A stretch of DNA of 58,035 bases, counting the filler, from Sluysia triapertura (taxonomy: Eukaryota): assembly GCA_046118255.1 (NCBI GenBank). It is 4 parts of 4 records of this genome, joined end to end, with 100 filler letters (N's around TTAATTAATTAA, not from the genome) between each part and the next. Parts side by side here need not be neighbours in the genome. Positions count along the whole stretch, not along the records: positions 12,845 to 27,303 come from JBJNIA010258404.1; 3 more parts are not named here. One strand, 5' to 3'. Every line of letters starts with the position of its first letter. The stretch's first letter is position 1. The notes beneath the pieces are model-generated. The model was not told where the DNA came from, searched no databases, and worked only from the letters and a program-made list of their open reading frames with translations. Made by a program: the position numbers and the translations under genes. This document shows positions 13,001 to 27,403 of the stretch, piece by piece.

Positions 13001-14980
13001 CTTATATTAAATTTTAAAGCAACACCTTAATATGGGTTGCGTAATTATAAAATATAAAATAATTCATTAAGTTGAATAACAGTCTGTAAACTAAAGTTTT
13101 AAACTAAGTGTAAGTTTTAGAATCTCTATTAAGTATAAATATTAAATCCTAATAATACGTAGTATAAATCGTATATATTAGGCGAACCGACTCCTTAGAT
13201 ATTTTTTAAGTTGCGTCTTTAATAGAAACACTTGCACATTGTTTGAATAAGATTTTGTACCTTACTTGTTTGTTTAATTCATTAAAAAGTAAAAAGGACG
13301 GAATTGAGAAATAAGATTCTATTTCTAACATCAGAGACGAATAACAAACTCAATAAAAATGATATCTAAAGTGACAATTTATTAGGATCATAGAATCTAA
13401 ACTTGAAGATATTAATAATAGATTTTTTTAGCCTTTTACAAAAGCCTAAATTTTAAGACTTAAATTAAATCGACTCGTGAGACTGATTAAACCATATACT
13501 ATCAATATTCATAGCTAAAACACATATTATCATTATCTAAACTAACATAGAGACAGACTAAAACCAACGTATACTATCAGTTTTAAAGTTTTAAATTTTA
13601 CACATTACTAATAATTTAAAGTCACTGCCAAGTATAATGGTAAAAGTCGAGATGATTTTCAAGCTGCATTTCAACCCAATACACGTGAACCGGCTTTTTC
13701 GAGTTTCTACCTTTATATGTAACAGTACGATATTCCTGGAAGTTATTTAAATATGTTTTCCTTTGATTTTCAAATCTCTTTTTCCAATTATGAAACCATG
13801 AGTTGTTTTTATATTTTTATTGAGAAAATTAATAAAATTATAATTAAATTTTTTTATAGAGTCGTATAATATTTTAATGTTTCCAATATTTTTATATTTA
13901 CAATGATGCGTAAATTTTCTGTAATTGTTAAACTTTCAGTAAAAGTTATTCGTATTCTTAAATATAATCGTTTTGTTTTACGTTCATAACCGTGTAATAT
14001 CTTCCTTACATTATAAGGAGAGTAATCAAAACTTCGATGTAAGATCTGCAACGACGATTGACAATAACATTATCGAGTTTATAAGGACCTTAAGTATCAA
14101 CGATAAATCTTAATATTCAACAGTAAATGTTTCATTGACCATAATAATACTAAATTATAAGTCAGTAAAATCATCTTTTATTAAATTCTTTCAATCGATT
14201 ATATTTTGTTTAATTCTCATACCAAAACCAAAGTGACAAAAATGTTTTTGCTTTTCTGGTTTTAAAATTTTTATTCATCTTTGTTATTTTCTTCTATAAA
14301 TATTAATAAATATTTCACAACATATTGATTTAAAATTTTCTTTAGTATTGGAACATTAAACTCGAACTTATTCGAATCTCTGACAAGCTAGAGACGAATC
14401 CTCAGTAATCATTTAACCTTGAATTTTCGAATTACAGTTAAAATTCAAAGCATCATGACGATTTTATAATTAAAATAGAGTGAATAAGAATAAGCAAACG
14501 TTGAAATTGTTTAATATATTCGTTGAACATAAAATACTTAAAGTAATATTTAATATTAATAATTTTAAATAAAATTGTATCTAATGCTTGACTGAAATGT
14601 TTGATCGAATAAATGAATGTCTGAGAATACAAAATTCATATTTTGGAGGTACTCCGATGTTAATCGAATGTTTGAAAAAGGAAAATTGAGATCTAAATTT
14701 ATTAAGTTTCAACATTACGATTGATTATGTGAATAAAATCATTTTAAATTAAGATTATATAGGAATAATATGAAATCTAAATTTATAAACATTAAACTTC
14801 AATATTATGATTGATTTAGGTAAATAAAACATTTTAAATAATATGAAATCTAAAAATCCCCAAATGTTGATTATGATAATAAAAACACTTTTTGACTTAC
14901 ACTAGTTAATAGTAAAAGGAAAATATAAATCAAGTATAACATAAAAACACTTTTATAAGAAATTGGATAAACAAAATAAG

Positions 14981-15135
14981 GACCCTCTGACATACAAGAA
15001 ATCCATTAAATAAATCTTATTATTTCCAAGAGTATGGAAACTTTAATATGTAGAAATTTTTCTGTAGATACGTCCACTTTACGTTGTAAAACGTATGCTA
15101 CAGACGGACCCGAATTAAATTTATAATTGTTAGGT
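14981..15135 (+). repeat. Dispersed hairpin repeat (copy C)
   Basis: GACCCTCT at 14981; nested stem TCTGTAG-ATACGT...TTTAC-GTT-GTAAA-ACGTAT-G-CTACAGA (15061-15104), then CGGACCC. Confidence 0.75.
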
Positions 15136-15445
15136 AAAAAGAGAAAAAACCAACAGCTAGTATAGAGTTGTACTAAATAAATTGATAGTAAGGAATATAG
15201 TGAGAATAATTCCTATTAACGAATAAGAAAAAAAATGGGGTTTAACCTTAAAGAATTAATAAAGTTCCTAAGAAATTACTAGAGTTGTTTTATTAAAAAT
15301 TAAAGTGTATTAACTACGTTAAATTAATAATATTACATTGACGAAAAGTAAGTTAATCAATAAAAGATTAAATTATTGAGATAAATAGACGCGATATTTA
15401 TATTGCAATAACAAGAAAATAGATTAAGACGTAAAGAAGCTTACA

Positions 15446-15545
15446 GGCCCTCTAAAATAATAATAAAATCCTACAAGAACGTCGCGCTAAACATAAACAG
15501 TTTATTGTACGCGAACGTGATTATTATAATTTACTTTGCCAACTG
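15446..15545 (+). repeat. Dispersed hairpin repeat (copy D)
   Basis: GGCCCTCT at 15446; TACAA/TTGTA stem; downstream AATTTACTTTGCC as in copy F. Confidence 0.55.
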
Positions 15546-16968
15546 ATTCAACTGAATTATGTTCTCTAACTTCTTTAATTGTAAAAACGTTTTCAGCACT
15601 GTCACCTTGCTTAAATGTCATTTATTTATAAAGAAGTTCAATATATCCATTAAGAATCAAAACCTATTGAAACTAATTAAACACTAATCCAATTGTTAGG
15701 CTCTTCGTCGGTATGATGTAACTTCATCTGCATCAACTTATAACTCTTTCTTCTGTCCTTCCGACGACCATGGCTAACATTGTGACTGATTTCTTGTTCC
15801 GGTTTTATGTAAATAATTTCTTTTCATAGTTATAAAATCATCTTCTTCCGATGACACAAATGTTATATCCTTTTTCTAGTATTAGTCTTTTGTAATAAAA
15901 ACGACGAAGATAGTACGCAGAGTTTGAAAATGTTGTTCAGAGCGATGTCAATGTAAATTAATAAATATCAGCGAACTAACCATGGTACTAATGCGATTAA
16001 TGGTTATAGTTTATTTATATTCATAATTTTATTTTAGGTATTAAAATGTATTGAGGTCATGATACGGATGAAGTATGTGAGGTGGATTTGATGTAAATTT
16101 ATGAATAACTGGGACACCACAGTAAGGTTTAAGGATTTAAAACTATGATTGACTACACACTTTCATCTCTAACAATATCGAAATCATTCTCTGATATAAA
16201 AAAACATAAGTAAAATTGACATCGTGTATATTGCATAAAGTACGAATAACGTATAAATTCTATTAAGAAAAAAGAAATTAAAATCATAAGTTTGATACTA
16301 TTGAAAAGAATCAGAACCTAACATTGAAGTGATAGTGAACTATATTTAGTTTTATGAGTTTTAATTCATGTAAAGAATTATAATTATCGATTTTAATTAA
16401 TATATGAATATATATTGGGGACTAAATGTTCCTTACTAAACTAGAGATCAAAATATTATTGTAAAAATAATTATAATTATTGCTTAATTTACTAGCGCGA
16501 ATTTGGGACCTTAATGTCCCTTAAAACTAAACATTAACGCATTGTTATAAGAATGAAAATAATGACAAAATTCCATTTTTTAAATTAACACAGAAATTGT
16601 CTAAAATACCTAGAAAATAGTAATATAATTCATATGCAGCAATGTAGTGCAATTCTTAGTTACAAAACTAAACATTATAAGAAATAATGTTTATATTATA
16701 TAGTGTAACAATTGACTGATACAATTACAAATGTAAATGTATCATAAAAATAAACTAACTCTACAATACCTAGTGCAGAGAATAAATTGATCCGTTTATT
16801 AAGTTGAATTAATGTTCCGATGCGAAACAGTTTAAGTTCAATGGAATTTATCTTAACTATTTCTCTAGACTTATACAAATTTGAACAAGTATGAAATGCA
16901 GTAATAAACAATTGTTTAAAAATCCTAGCATGGCGTCCAGAAAAGTGCATTTTAAAAAACGAACGTAA

Positions 16969-17184
16969 TCGTGTAGGTTCAAAAAAATAAAACAATAAAT
17001 ATTTATACACTAAAAATTTAAATTCAAGAAATGCAACTCAGACATTTATAGCCGCATTTAATTATGTCAATATATAAACATTCGTGTGCATCTTCGATCA
17101 TGTAAATATAAAAATATCTGCATCGTGTAGGTTCAAAAAGATGAAACAATAAATGTTTATATACTAAAAGTTTAAATTCAAGAA
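16969..17184. repeat. ~60-bp direct duplication
   Basis: CGTGTAGGTTCAAAA...AAATTCAAGAA at ~16969 and ~17124. Confidence 0.8.
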
Positions 17185-18619
17185 CACTTTAAAACATTTA
17201 TGTCCGTTGTACTACTTCCTAACTTTAAAGCACGTATAATAATTGAGCACATCGAAATATTCAAAAAAACAAACTACATGTTCACGTCGTTAATACTTGA
17301 AATGGGAATATTACTAAAACTGATTCCAGTTAGATTCAATGTTGCTGCTTTACTGAATACTGATGCTAAGCCTGCTATAGAATCAGAAAACAAGGACAAA
17401 ACGCGACCAATGTTTATATAGTTGTTAAAAAATTTTATAAATTTAATTGCAATCTGCCTAAAAAATTTTTAAAATTTAAGCACTAAAGCAAAAAGCATAA
17501 CTTGCAGATTTTATCGTTTAATATAAGATCAATTCGAACACACTTTCAAATTATTGAATTAGAACATGATGATGTAGTTATAATCAAATAAATGTATAAA
17601 ATCTGGTTTTGTAAAACAGATTTTTAATAGTATTTTTGAACCATTGCAAATTTTACGGTTATTATTGTGAAACAAAGTCAACAAGAATCCACATCATAAA
17701 AGCGTTGACATAAACTAAGTTCAATGAGATGACGCATTTTAAATTACAAAAGCTTATAGACAAATAATTTCTAATTCCTCCTAAATTCAAAATCATAAAA
17801 AATTAGAATATTAATCTTTACAAATTTGATTTCAATTATCAATTATACTTACATTACTATTGAAGCAATCACACAATATTTTCACAATACCTTGTATGCC
17901 ATTATTAAATTCATATTCTTCGATATTACATTTTTCTACGGAAAAATTGACTTTAAACTAATTCTTACTACAAATAGATGAAATTTTCTTTGCACTTATA
18001 CTAGAATTTATAAATTCAACAATTAAATCTTTTACAGCTTCATTTTCTATAATATTAATTATTAAAATCAATGCCTCACCAATAATATCACAAAGTTTTA
18101 CAAATAAATTAATGTGATTTGACAATTTTTCATCTATATTTAACATATTAACATAAAATTAATAATGAGACTTTAATAATTAAACCAAAAGAAATGCTTA
18201 ATTCTATAATAAATGAAATCTAGTTGATGTTTATTAAATTTAGTTGTGCTTGGTTTTATGCTATATATAATAAATGTAAATAATTTTCCATACATTAATT
18301 AAACAAAATATTTTTTATTGTAAAAATTATAAAATGTAGTTTAAATTACATTTAATTTAAATATTCAGGAAGTTTTAGGACTAAAAACATTAACTTGAAC
18401 CCTAATATTAGTATTGGAAAGTATTGCTGCGTCTTTTATAATTTTGTTAAGCATACTAAATACATTTCGATGTCAAAGCGCAAAATCAAGCTAAAAATGA
18501 ACCGCACATGTGTTATCAAAAATCACAAAATTAAAATAGAAATAAATATCTTAAATGAAATTTCCATTACAGATCAAACAGTTAATTAGCACATATATAA
18601 AAGTTAAACAAAAATGATG

Positions 18620-18880
18620 GTGCAATCAAATCTTTGGAGTCCAAAAATTACATAATGACCATAAAGTAACTAATTGTAATCCTTTATATGAAAATTGTTA
18701 GAGCTCTTGAAAGTAATGGCGTAAAAATATTTTATTAAAAATAACATTATTTGTCAGATCTGAATCTGTAATTAAAGCAATAAAGAATTAAATTAATGGA
18801 CAAACTTTTTTTAAGATAATTTTATATCAAACTGGTATTTGTGGAAAAGCTATGCATTGAATAAAAGGTTATGTCATAGC
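18620..18880 (+). mobile_element. Possible RNase H remnant of a non-LTR retrotransposon
   Basis: Degenerate SD.ESVIKAIK and TGICG motifs resembling the SDS.S.L.AI and H.GI.GNE motifs of RNase H. Confidence 0.3.
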
Positions 18881-18910
18881 TTATCATTTATGTAAATATA
18901 AGAATTTTAC

Positions 18911-19848
18911 TGTTGAAAGTCGAGGCCGAAAACTATCAAATTAAAAGTTAATAACTAAATTCAAAATCTCGATATATTCGTTATATTATCACAAGATTAC
19001 AACTAGAATATAAATAAATTATTCTTTGTAACAATGACAATATAAATTACTATTTACAACAATGGCAATACGAATTACTCTTTATAAAAATATAAATTAT
19101 AATTTAAAGACAAATCACAACCAGGGGTGACACAACTTATTTAAATTTTATCACCCGTATTAATGCGAAATATTAACACTAAGAAAAATATTACTAACCA
19201 TTGTTCTAAAAAGAAAATGGTTTATTTTTATCAATTACTAAAGAAATAACTTTAGTTTCACGAATGAACTAAAGCTGTTTCCACAGAGTTGAAAAGTTAA
19301 TTCGATTTTTCTTTACTCCGGCTTTGCTTCCGTTTTAATTACAGAAATGCAACTGCTTATATAGCAATTAGTGAAATTAAAAATCAGAAATCGAACAAGT
19401 CGGAAATTAAAGCTGTCGATTTTCTTTTAGTTGCGGCAATAAGCCGACTAATTTCGCCGATTAAATTTCCGTCTGTGTTTAACATCATTCCAATTATCTA
19501 AAGATAATGGGATTTGTGGCAAACAATCCCCTTATCTTCTTAATATCACCTAATTAAAATTTAAAATCATTGTTACATTGCTTTTATAATAATAACGCAA
19601 TTGGTCAACTTAATTTATCAATAAAAATAATTAAATAATAAATTTATTTCTCACAGGAGTATTCTGCATTAATACGTTGTGCGTCAACCGCACGTTGCAC
19701 GTGAAGTTCAATAAAATATTTGAATTAGAATCTTTATAAGCATTAATTTGATATATACTTTATTAATACTTAGATATCGGAAAATATTTAACTTTAACTT
19801 TGAATTATAAAAATTAATTAAAATAACTAATTTTAAATTATTTTAACT
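18911..19848 (+). repeat. LTR-like repeat, copy 1
   Basis: High identity to 20036-20850 (e.g. TCAAAATCTCGATATATTCGTTATATTATCAC, GGCAATAAGCCGACTAAT, GATAATGGGATTTGTGG.AAACAATCCCCTTATC). Confidence 0.85.
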
Positions 19849-20035
19849 AAATTTTATGTTTAAAGGTTTTACTTTGATTACAAGGTTATTAGATACTTTA
19901 TAAACTTTATAATAGGCTCAAGATGTTTCATCTTCACCACTCTAACTCCATTTTCTACATTTTTAAGTTAATTATTAATGTATCAAATTTAATATCATTA
20001 ACCATGATTTTAAAACTTGAACATTTTAAAGGTTC

Positions 20036-20850
20036 TGTTGTGTCTTTTATTACTTTTATTTTCCCAGATTATTAAATTGGAACTCAACAACTAAATAAAC
20101 TCAAAATCTCGATATATTCGTTATATTATCACAAAACTACAACTAAAAGATATCTATTATAACAATACAAATTATTCTTTATAACAGTAAATTATTCTTT
20201 AAAGACAAATTATAACCAGGGGTGACACAACTTATTCAAACTTTAGCACCTATATCAATGCGAAATATAAACAGTAAGAAATATATCACTAAACCTTGTC
20301 CTAAAAAGAAAATAGATTATTTTAGTCAATTACTAAATAAATGACTTTGGTTTCACAGTTATCCACTGATGAACCAAAGCAGTGAAATTAGAAAATCAGA
20401 AATCGAACAAGACGGGAATTAAACCTTTCGGTTTTCTTTTAGTCGGCAATAAGCCGACTAATTTTGCCAATTAAATGTCGACAGCAATTTCGTCTTTGTT
20501 CAAATTTATTATCATTCCAATTATTTAAAGATAATGGGATTTGTGGAAAACAATCCCCTTATCTTCTTAATATCACCTAATTAAAATTTAAAATCATTGT
20601 TACATTGCTTTTATAATAACATAATTTGTCAATTTAATTTAACGATAAAATTAATGAAATAATAAATTTATTTCTCACATGAGTATTCCGCATTAATACA
20701 TTTGCGTCATTCGTACGTCAATAACATATTTGAATTGGTTTCTCTGTAAGCATTAATTTTATTATATACTTTATTAATACTGAGACATAGAAACATATTT
20801 AACTTTAATTTTAAATTATAAAAATTAATTAAAATAACTAATTTTAACAT
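20036..20850 (+). repeat. LTR-like repeat, copy 2 (starts TGTTGTGTC)
   Basis: Direct duplicate of copy 1. The shared start is confirmed by the inverted copy 3. Confidence 0.85.
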
Positions 20851-21584
20851 TATTTACGTTGGCGTGCTTCGCAATACTTAAAAAATTAATAAAACTCAAT
20901 ATTATACACTAAATCCAATATCGTTATATCATGAGCAAACATTTTTATTGAGTTCTCAAATTAAACAATTGTACTTTAATATTTTAACAAATAAAACCTC
21001 TTAATGGGTTATTGCTTTGTATTTCTCATTATTTTATATGCTTATCCTACCATTGCAGTTCATCATAATGCCTCATCTTAATTCTTTAACAATGTTGAAC
21101 TTATCCTTGATCTTTACCCTTACATCTATCCTTATCTTTCACCAATCACATCTATCATATTTTCCTAAATAGAGTGGTCAATCTTAAATCGACTGTATAA
21201 AGCTACTAAAATAAAATGAAAATAATATCAACGTAATTAAGACTCTCATCATCTTCAAAATTAGCTAAATAATATAATTAGCAAGGGCATTATTCTCTTT
21301 GTAATATATTTTAGTAATAATATGATAATAATAATAATAAATCAAATATTAATTTAATAATAATTCAAAAATACATAATGATGATAACACATAATAATAT
21401 TTTATGTCTAGGCTTAGAAGCCTTTTTGATTAAAATTGTTTAAAAAATATTTTCTGATTAGATAAAATATGAATTATGACGAAAAATAATTGATTATGGA
21501 TGACAGAATACTGCTAATGGAATTATAGTGCTGTTTTTTTACTTAACTCAAAATTTAATTTAATGAAAGTGCACGTGTTTTCTT

Positions 21585-21695
21585 TACTAACCTGATTACT
21601 TTCTAAAATTAATACGCCTATGAGTTACGATTTATAACTAATGTGACGCAATCGTAGGTTTTCCTTACATATAAAAATCGATAAGAGGGTCTGTA
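21585..21695 (-). repeat. Dispersed hairpin repeat (copy E)
   Basis: CCTATGA(21617)/TCGTAGG(21652) and TTACG/CGCAA stems; AGAGGGTC at 21684. Confidence 0.65.
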
Positions 21696-22217
21696 TGTTA
21701 AGAGTTTTCTTTTGATTATTTCTTTATTACAATTTCCTCTTTAAAAGAGAGATTAACTATGTAGGATTATATTGGATTTAGTTTTATATATATTAACTTC
21801 TTTATCTCCTGCCATTCTATAAATTACTTATTTAAATTACTCCTTAAACTTATTAATTAATGACTTAAACCTCTTTGTTTAATCTTAACTAAATTATTGA
21901 TTATTGAATACATTATTCTTTCTTAATCCGTCAACAATCATTCTTTTTCTTTTGCAACTTTATTTTACTTTGTTAATTATCTTTTTATTTTATAAATTAA
22001 TAATCTAAATTCTTTGTTTAATGTTCGTTAACTATTCTTTAAACTTTTAATTAATTAATAATCTAAATTTTTTAGTGTTCGTTCACTATTTTTTAAACAG
22101 CAAAAGAAGTAGAAAATTCCAAAGGTATATTACCACAATCAAATAAATAAAAAATATACAATTCCAATTATAAAACCAATAATTAAGTATATAACGATAT
22201 TATATTTAATTAATAAA

Positions 22218-22887
22218 TTGTGTTATTGATAGAATAGCTATATAAAAATGATATTAAATTTTAATTTAATGGTGTTGAGAAGATAAGGGGATTGTTTACC
22301 ACAAATTCCACTATTTTTAGATAATTAAAAAGATAATGAAATTGGACACAGGTGGAAATTAATGATGGAATTTAATTATTAAAATTTGTAGGCTTATCAC
22401 AGTCTTATCCGTCTTGTACAGTTTCTATTTGTCAATCCCTCAAATGATTGTTAACCTACTACATAAGCTGTTATATTTTTGCAGAAAAAACAGAAAAAAA
22501 CAAGGAAAAATAAAGAAGAAACTGAAAAAATCTGTGGAAAACTTGGAAAACTGAGGATTATTCTTCAACAGAAAACTAAAATATATATTAGGGATGAGTA
22601 ATTTGTTTTTGTATTTATTATTTTTAGTTTTTAATATTGGCGTCAACATTTACTGATTTTATTTAAGTTGTGATTTTTTAATATTTGTAGATTTATAACT
22701 TTAAAGCTGATAGTAAATTTATATATTGAAGACATTTTATTAAAAGAAAAATTAGTTTAATTTATACAATATAAGTGTGTTATTATAAAATAATTTTCAT
22801 TTTAAAGGAATATATCGAGATTCCGAATTTGTTTAGTTAATGGGTTGTAATTTGATAATTTAAAATGAAAGCATCAAAGACACAATA
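22218..22887 (-). repeat. LTR-like repeat, copy 3 (inverted, more diverged)
   Basis: AGATAAGGGGATTGTTTACCACAAATTCC and TATATCGAGATT are reverse complements of copy 1/2 motifs. Confidence 0.75.
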
Positions 22888-23459
22888 CCTACACTTTGAT
22901 AGAAATGGTTGTAAGTAAACCCGCTGAAAATCCTGTAGAGAATGGAAATATATACATGCTTGTTGAACATCAGGACTTATAAGATACATTATATTTTATT
23001 AGTCATACGAAGAGTGATTTACATGTTATTTGTTTTTGACAAAATTTTTTCGAATTAAATATTTAAAGTTATGAAAATTACGTAAATTTAGAAGTCTTTA
23101 TTTATTATGATTATTTAATAACATTAGATTCGATTTGTTATTATTTGATTCGGTTTGATCTTTAATTATTTTCAATACCTATTATCATCAACATAATCTC
23201 TAAATTTGGTATTGGTATTACATTTTATTTTTTTACTTACTTGGAACTCAATTGGGATCTTTATTGGATAAAATACAATTCATATGATAAAATGATAAGC
23301 TATTTGTTGTCTATAGAATGTAATATTATAATAATAATTAATAATTAATAATTAATAATAATTCATAATGATAATAATTACGATAATAATAAATAATAAA
23401 AATTAATAATAATAATTAATAATAATAATAATATTAATATTAATTTATGTTCTCATATC

Positions 23460-23790
23460 TACTGCAAAATAAGTACTCAAACGAGCTTAAAATAAATCAT
23501 TCACTATAATATTTCTGAAACAGAAAGAACTTTGGCTTTTTCTTAAATATTTCATAATCTTCCAGTAATTTGACATTCTCTGGTAGTACTGGTTGTATAT
23601 TTTTAAAATACAAACGATATTATTATTATGTCTCAATGAAATATTCATTATTTCTAAGAGGTAGTCAGGATTTCCGTTATGTAAGCATTTGTAAATTATT
23701 GTCATGATTTTGAATTCTACTCTTGAATATTGAGAATAAAACATATATGGATAACGCATCTGAATTATGAAAGAATATTTTACCAGATTT
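23460..23790 (-). mobile_element. LINE (CR1/L2-type) ORF2 C-terminal fragment
   Basis: RVEFKIMTIIYKCLHNGNPDYL matches the RI.FK....YK.L....P.YL motif typical of L2/CR1 ORF2 ends. A second copy lies at 33.0-33.3 kb. Confidence 0.7.
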
Positions 23791-24689
23791 AATTGTTGGG
23801 GCAAAAGGCCTAAAGTGCCATTTGGTAAAATTGACTATAATAAAATAAATTTGTTCGATCCCCAGTCAGTCCATTTTACGAAGTCTAACAACATAATCAA
23901 ATTAATATTTTAGAACATGATGATCTTTCTACAAATATCTATTATTTAAATGAATTATTTAACTCAGTTGGAAATAATGTTTCTTGCAGTGCTTGTAAAG
24001 TTGTCCAAATGTGTCAAAGATACAAAGCAGTTGAATCCATTATGAATAGTTATTTTAAATATAAAAATTTTAATAAAATTAAACAATAATTTTTAACAAA
24101 ATAAAATAGATTTTAATAATTATAAGAAAGTTAGTATGGTTATTTAAACATTTTAAATATTTTAGATAAAAATATGTTTAATAAAAGTTTAATTTTCATT
24201 TAATTAGTTTAATAAAAATTAATTTAGTTAATTGTTCAATAAAAGTATAATTATTTAATAATTTGTAAACTTCTAATCATATGATTCAAATCTTATATAT
24301 CTAAATGGCACAAAAACACAAATAAATTGCTAAAACGTACGAAGTTAATTGAGAAAGCTGTTTCTCTGAAAATTATATGAAATTTTAAAAGAAAGATGTT
24401 ACTGAAAAACGAAAAAACATTAGCGGATGATATATTTCGAGCAGTACATAATTTGAATTGTCACTACACATTATTTTCCTGTCTAAACTTTGCACCTTAC
24501 TTAAATAAAGTAATTATAATTTTTTATAATAATTTTTTTTATAATTTATAATTATAATTTTTAATTTTATAATTTTTTTTTCTTTTATAATTTTTTAGCT
24601 GACTTAAGTCAGTTATAAAATCAATTTTTAAATATATTGCACTACTTTATTTATTAATTAATTAATTTAATAATTTATTTATTTAATAT

Positions 24690-25370
24690 TGTTGATACCT
24701 TGTATATTTTATTGTTCTTTGATACTTTGTATTTTATGTTGGTATGAAAAAGATAAAAAAGACAAAATTCTTACAAACAAATTTCTGAAATAATAATATT
24801 ATTTTTCTAAAATAATAACAGTATTAATAACTGTTAATACTGTTAAAATAGAATGCTTTTCATTAAAATAATGTAGAAAAATATTTTTGTATAAAAGTAC
24901 CGGATATAATATTGTTTGACATAATATTGAAATAAAATATAATGCAAGAGGTAAAAATAAATAAGACATAAATAAATATGAATAGATTGAAATATCTGCG
25001 GACGATGGCGTTGTACCACTTGCGACGATCTGATATAAAAATGGCGATTGTACTGTCTTTGTAGTCGTTGTAAAATTTATTGCTTTGTGTCTTGTTTTAT
25101 ATCTAGTGTCTTGTGATTGTAATTATGGCTGTCTTGTCTTTATATAGCTATAAAGACATCTTTTTAATTTATTTCAATAAAACAAACTTCCTTCTGGAAG
25201 TTTCTTTTGTCATCTTTTTTTTATTTAGAATAGAAATAATTTTTATTTTAAAATAATTAATTTAATAAAATTTTATAATAAATAATTTTTATAATATTAT
25301 TATAAATTTTTAACAATTAAAAAATTTTAAAAATTTTAAAAATATACATAAAATTTTATACATTCTTACA
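24690..25370 (-). mobile_element. Solo LTR, same family as 31694-32524
   Basis: Begins TGTAAG on the minus strand at 25370. Shares CCAGAA..AGTTTGTTTTA, a TATA box and ACAATCACAAG with the 31.7 kb LTR. The left boundary is approximate. Confidence 0.55.
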
Positions 25371-26819
25371 CATTAATACAAAGGCGTAGCATTAGATTCA
25401 CGGGATTTTATGCTAGGTAACATTTTCCTTTAATATTAACATAACTTGGAATTAAATTAAGAATTCTTTTTTTATTGGCAGATGTGAAAATAGCAGATGC
25501 GATAATCAGGCAAACATTTTATATTTATTGACAAATTCCATACAGTATCATTCTTGCGATTACGCAAAGCAAGCAACAAACTCTACTTGATGACTAATTT
25601 TAACATATATTAGATCTAATTACTTTAATTTATCAAATAGTTTTCTATCCATTTAAATTCAAAATGATTATGGACATGAAAATGAAAAGCAGCAAAACCC
25701 TGCTAAGCAAAATGATTTTGAAAACATTTTCAAATATTGTAATTCTTATTTCAATTGAGCTGAGAATAATCGCGTAAAAACGATTTATCGATTTATAATC
25801 TTTTTTACAATTTAAAAAATAACTCTTTGATGTAATTATAATAAAAATTTAAAATTCAAAAATAAATCATATCCTTTAGTACTCTTTAAAGAAAATTATT
25901 TTATTATTATTATAATTTTATTTTATTTTATTCACATTATTTATCATATTATTACTCTTTATCTAAAGTAATCTTTTTTGTACACAGATAATGTTGTTTA
26001 CTAAACTTTAAGTTGAAAATAACAGAAAATTAAGAGTAATTTAGTAATATATTCCGTTTCTAAGTCATTTGATAATCAATTAAATATTTTTACTTGTTAT
26101 TTTTAATTGCTTCGACAATATCTATAATAAATGAAATAATATTTATTTTACTTCAAAATGTAATGATTTATATAATCGGAATCACAAAAAATGATGAAAT
26201 CATAATTTATGCTTTATTTTATTTTAGTTCACAGGGGACACTTCGTTTTGATTTATTATTGCTGATGATGGTGATATTCATTAATGTTTTTGTATAGTTT
26301 ATTATTTCATATTTTTAATTTGTTTTTAAAACAATATTAATAATAATAATTATAATAATTATGATAATAGTAATAATAATATAATAATAATGATAATAAT
26401 AATACTAATAATAAATATATTGTTTGTCATTCTAACGTAGTTTCAATTATGTTCTTATTTAAAGACTGATTGTTTTTAATACATTAATTTATTCTTCTAA
26501 TTTATTATGCGAATTATATTAACTATATTTTAATATAAAAATAAATGACTTTTTTATTATATATAATAAAAATAGAATATTTATAATCATTAATGATTTT
26601 GTATTAAATATTTATTAAAAAATGATTTCATATTTATTTATAATCTGAATAAATAATAAATTTGTAAGTTTTTTTAGTGCCAAAAGTTTTGTCTTGATGA
26701 TGAAACGAAAAAATCTATGAAATAAATATATACGTGAAATTAGATATTGAAATTAGATATTTTTAATGTACGATCCATTTCTATCAGTAATTTGTTTACT
26801 TCATATTTTTCAACACTTA

Positions 26820-27200
26820 AATGGAAGTCCGGAAGAATCAAAAAAGAAGTAGGAAAAGTTGCACTTTGACCAAAACATTTAGGTTATCAAATTCAAAAAA
26901 TCAAATGTAGGGCTTTCATACTCAAAGATATATGGCAACGAAATTTAAAATGCCTATTAGAGTCATAAACAAAATTCTAAAAAATAAATTGGATATTTTA
27001 AATGAGTTTAGAGTTGCAAAACGAATTTATAATAACTTCTGCACTTTAAAAATTGACATCTTATAGTGTACTGGTTGTTTGTTAAGAAAAAACACAAAAC
27101 TTCATTATATCTGGCGATATGATCAAGACTGTACCAGTAAGAAAAAAGGATATTTTCAAAGCTTCAAGTAGAGGCGTGAATGTCAGAAGATGACTTAGTA
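26820..27200 (+). mobile_element. Decayed Tc1/mariner transposase N-terminal remnant
   Basis: HTQRYMATKFKMPIRVINKILKNKL resembles the second HTH of Tc1/mariner transposases. Multiple stops. Confidence 0.3.
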
Positions 27201-27303
27201 GATGGAACATTAGTAAAATATTTCAAAAAATAAATAATACAGCATGTTTTTGTTTTATGAATAAATGCTTATTAGATTGTTCATTATTTTTTAACGAACA
27301 TAT

Positions 27304-27403
27304 NNNNNNNNNNNNNNNNNNNNNNNNNNNNNNNNNNNNNNNNNNNNTTAATTAATTAANNNNNNNNNNNNNNNNNNNNNNNNNNNNNNNNNNNNNNNNN
27401 NNN
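27304..27403. other. Assembly gap with artificial linker
   Basis: N-run with TTAATTAATTAA at 27348-27359. Confidence 0.95.
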
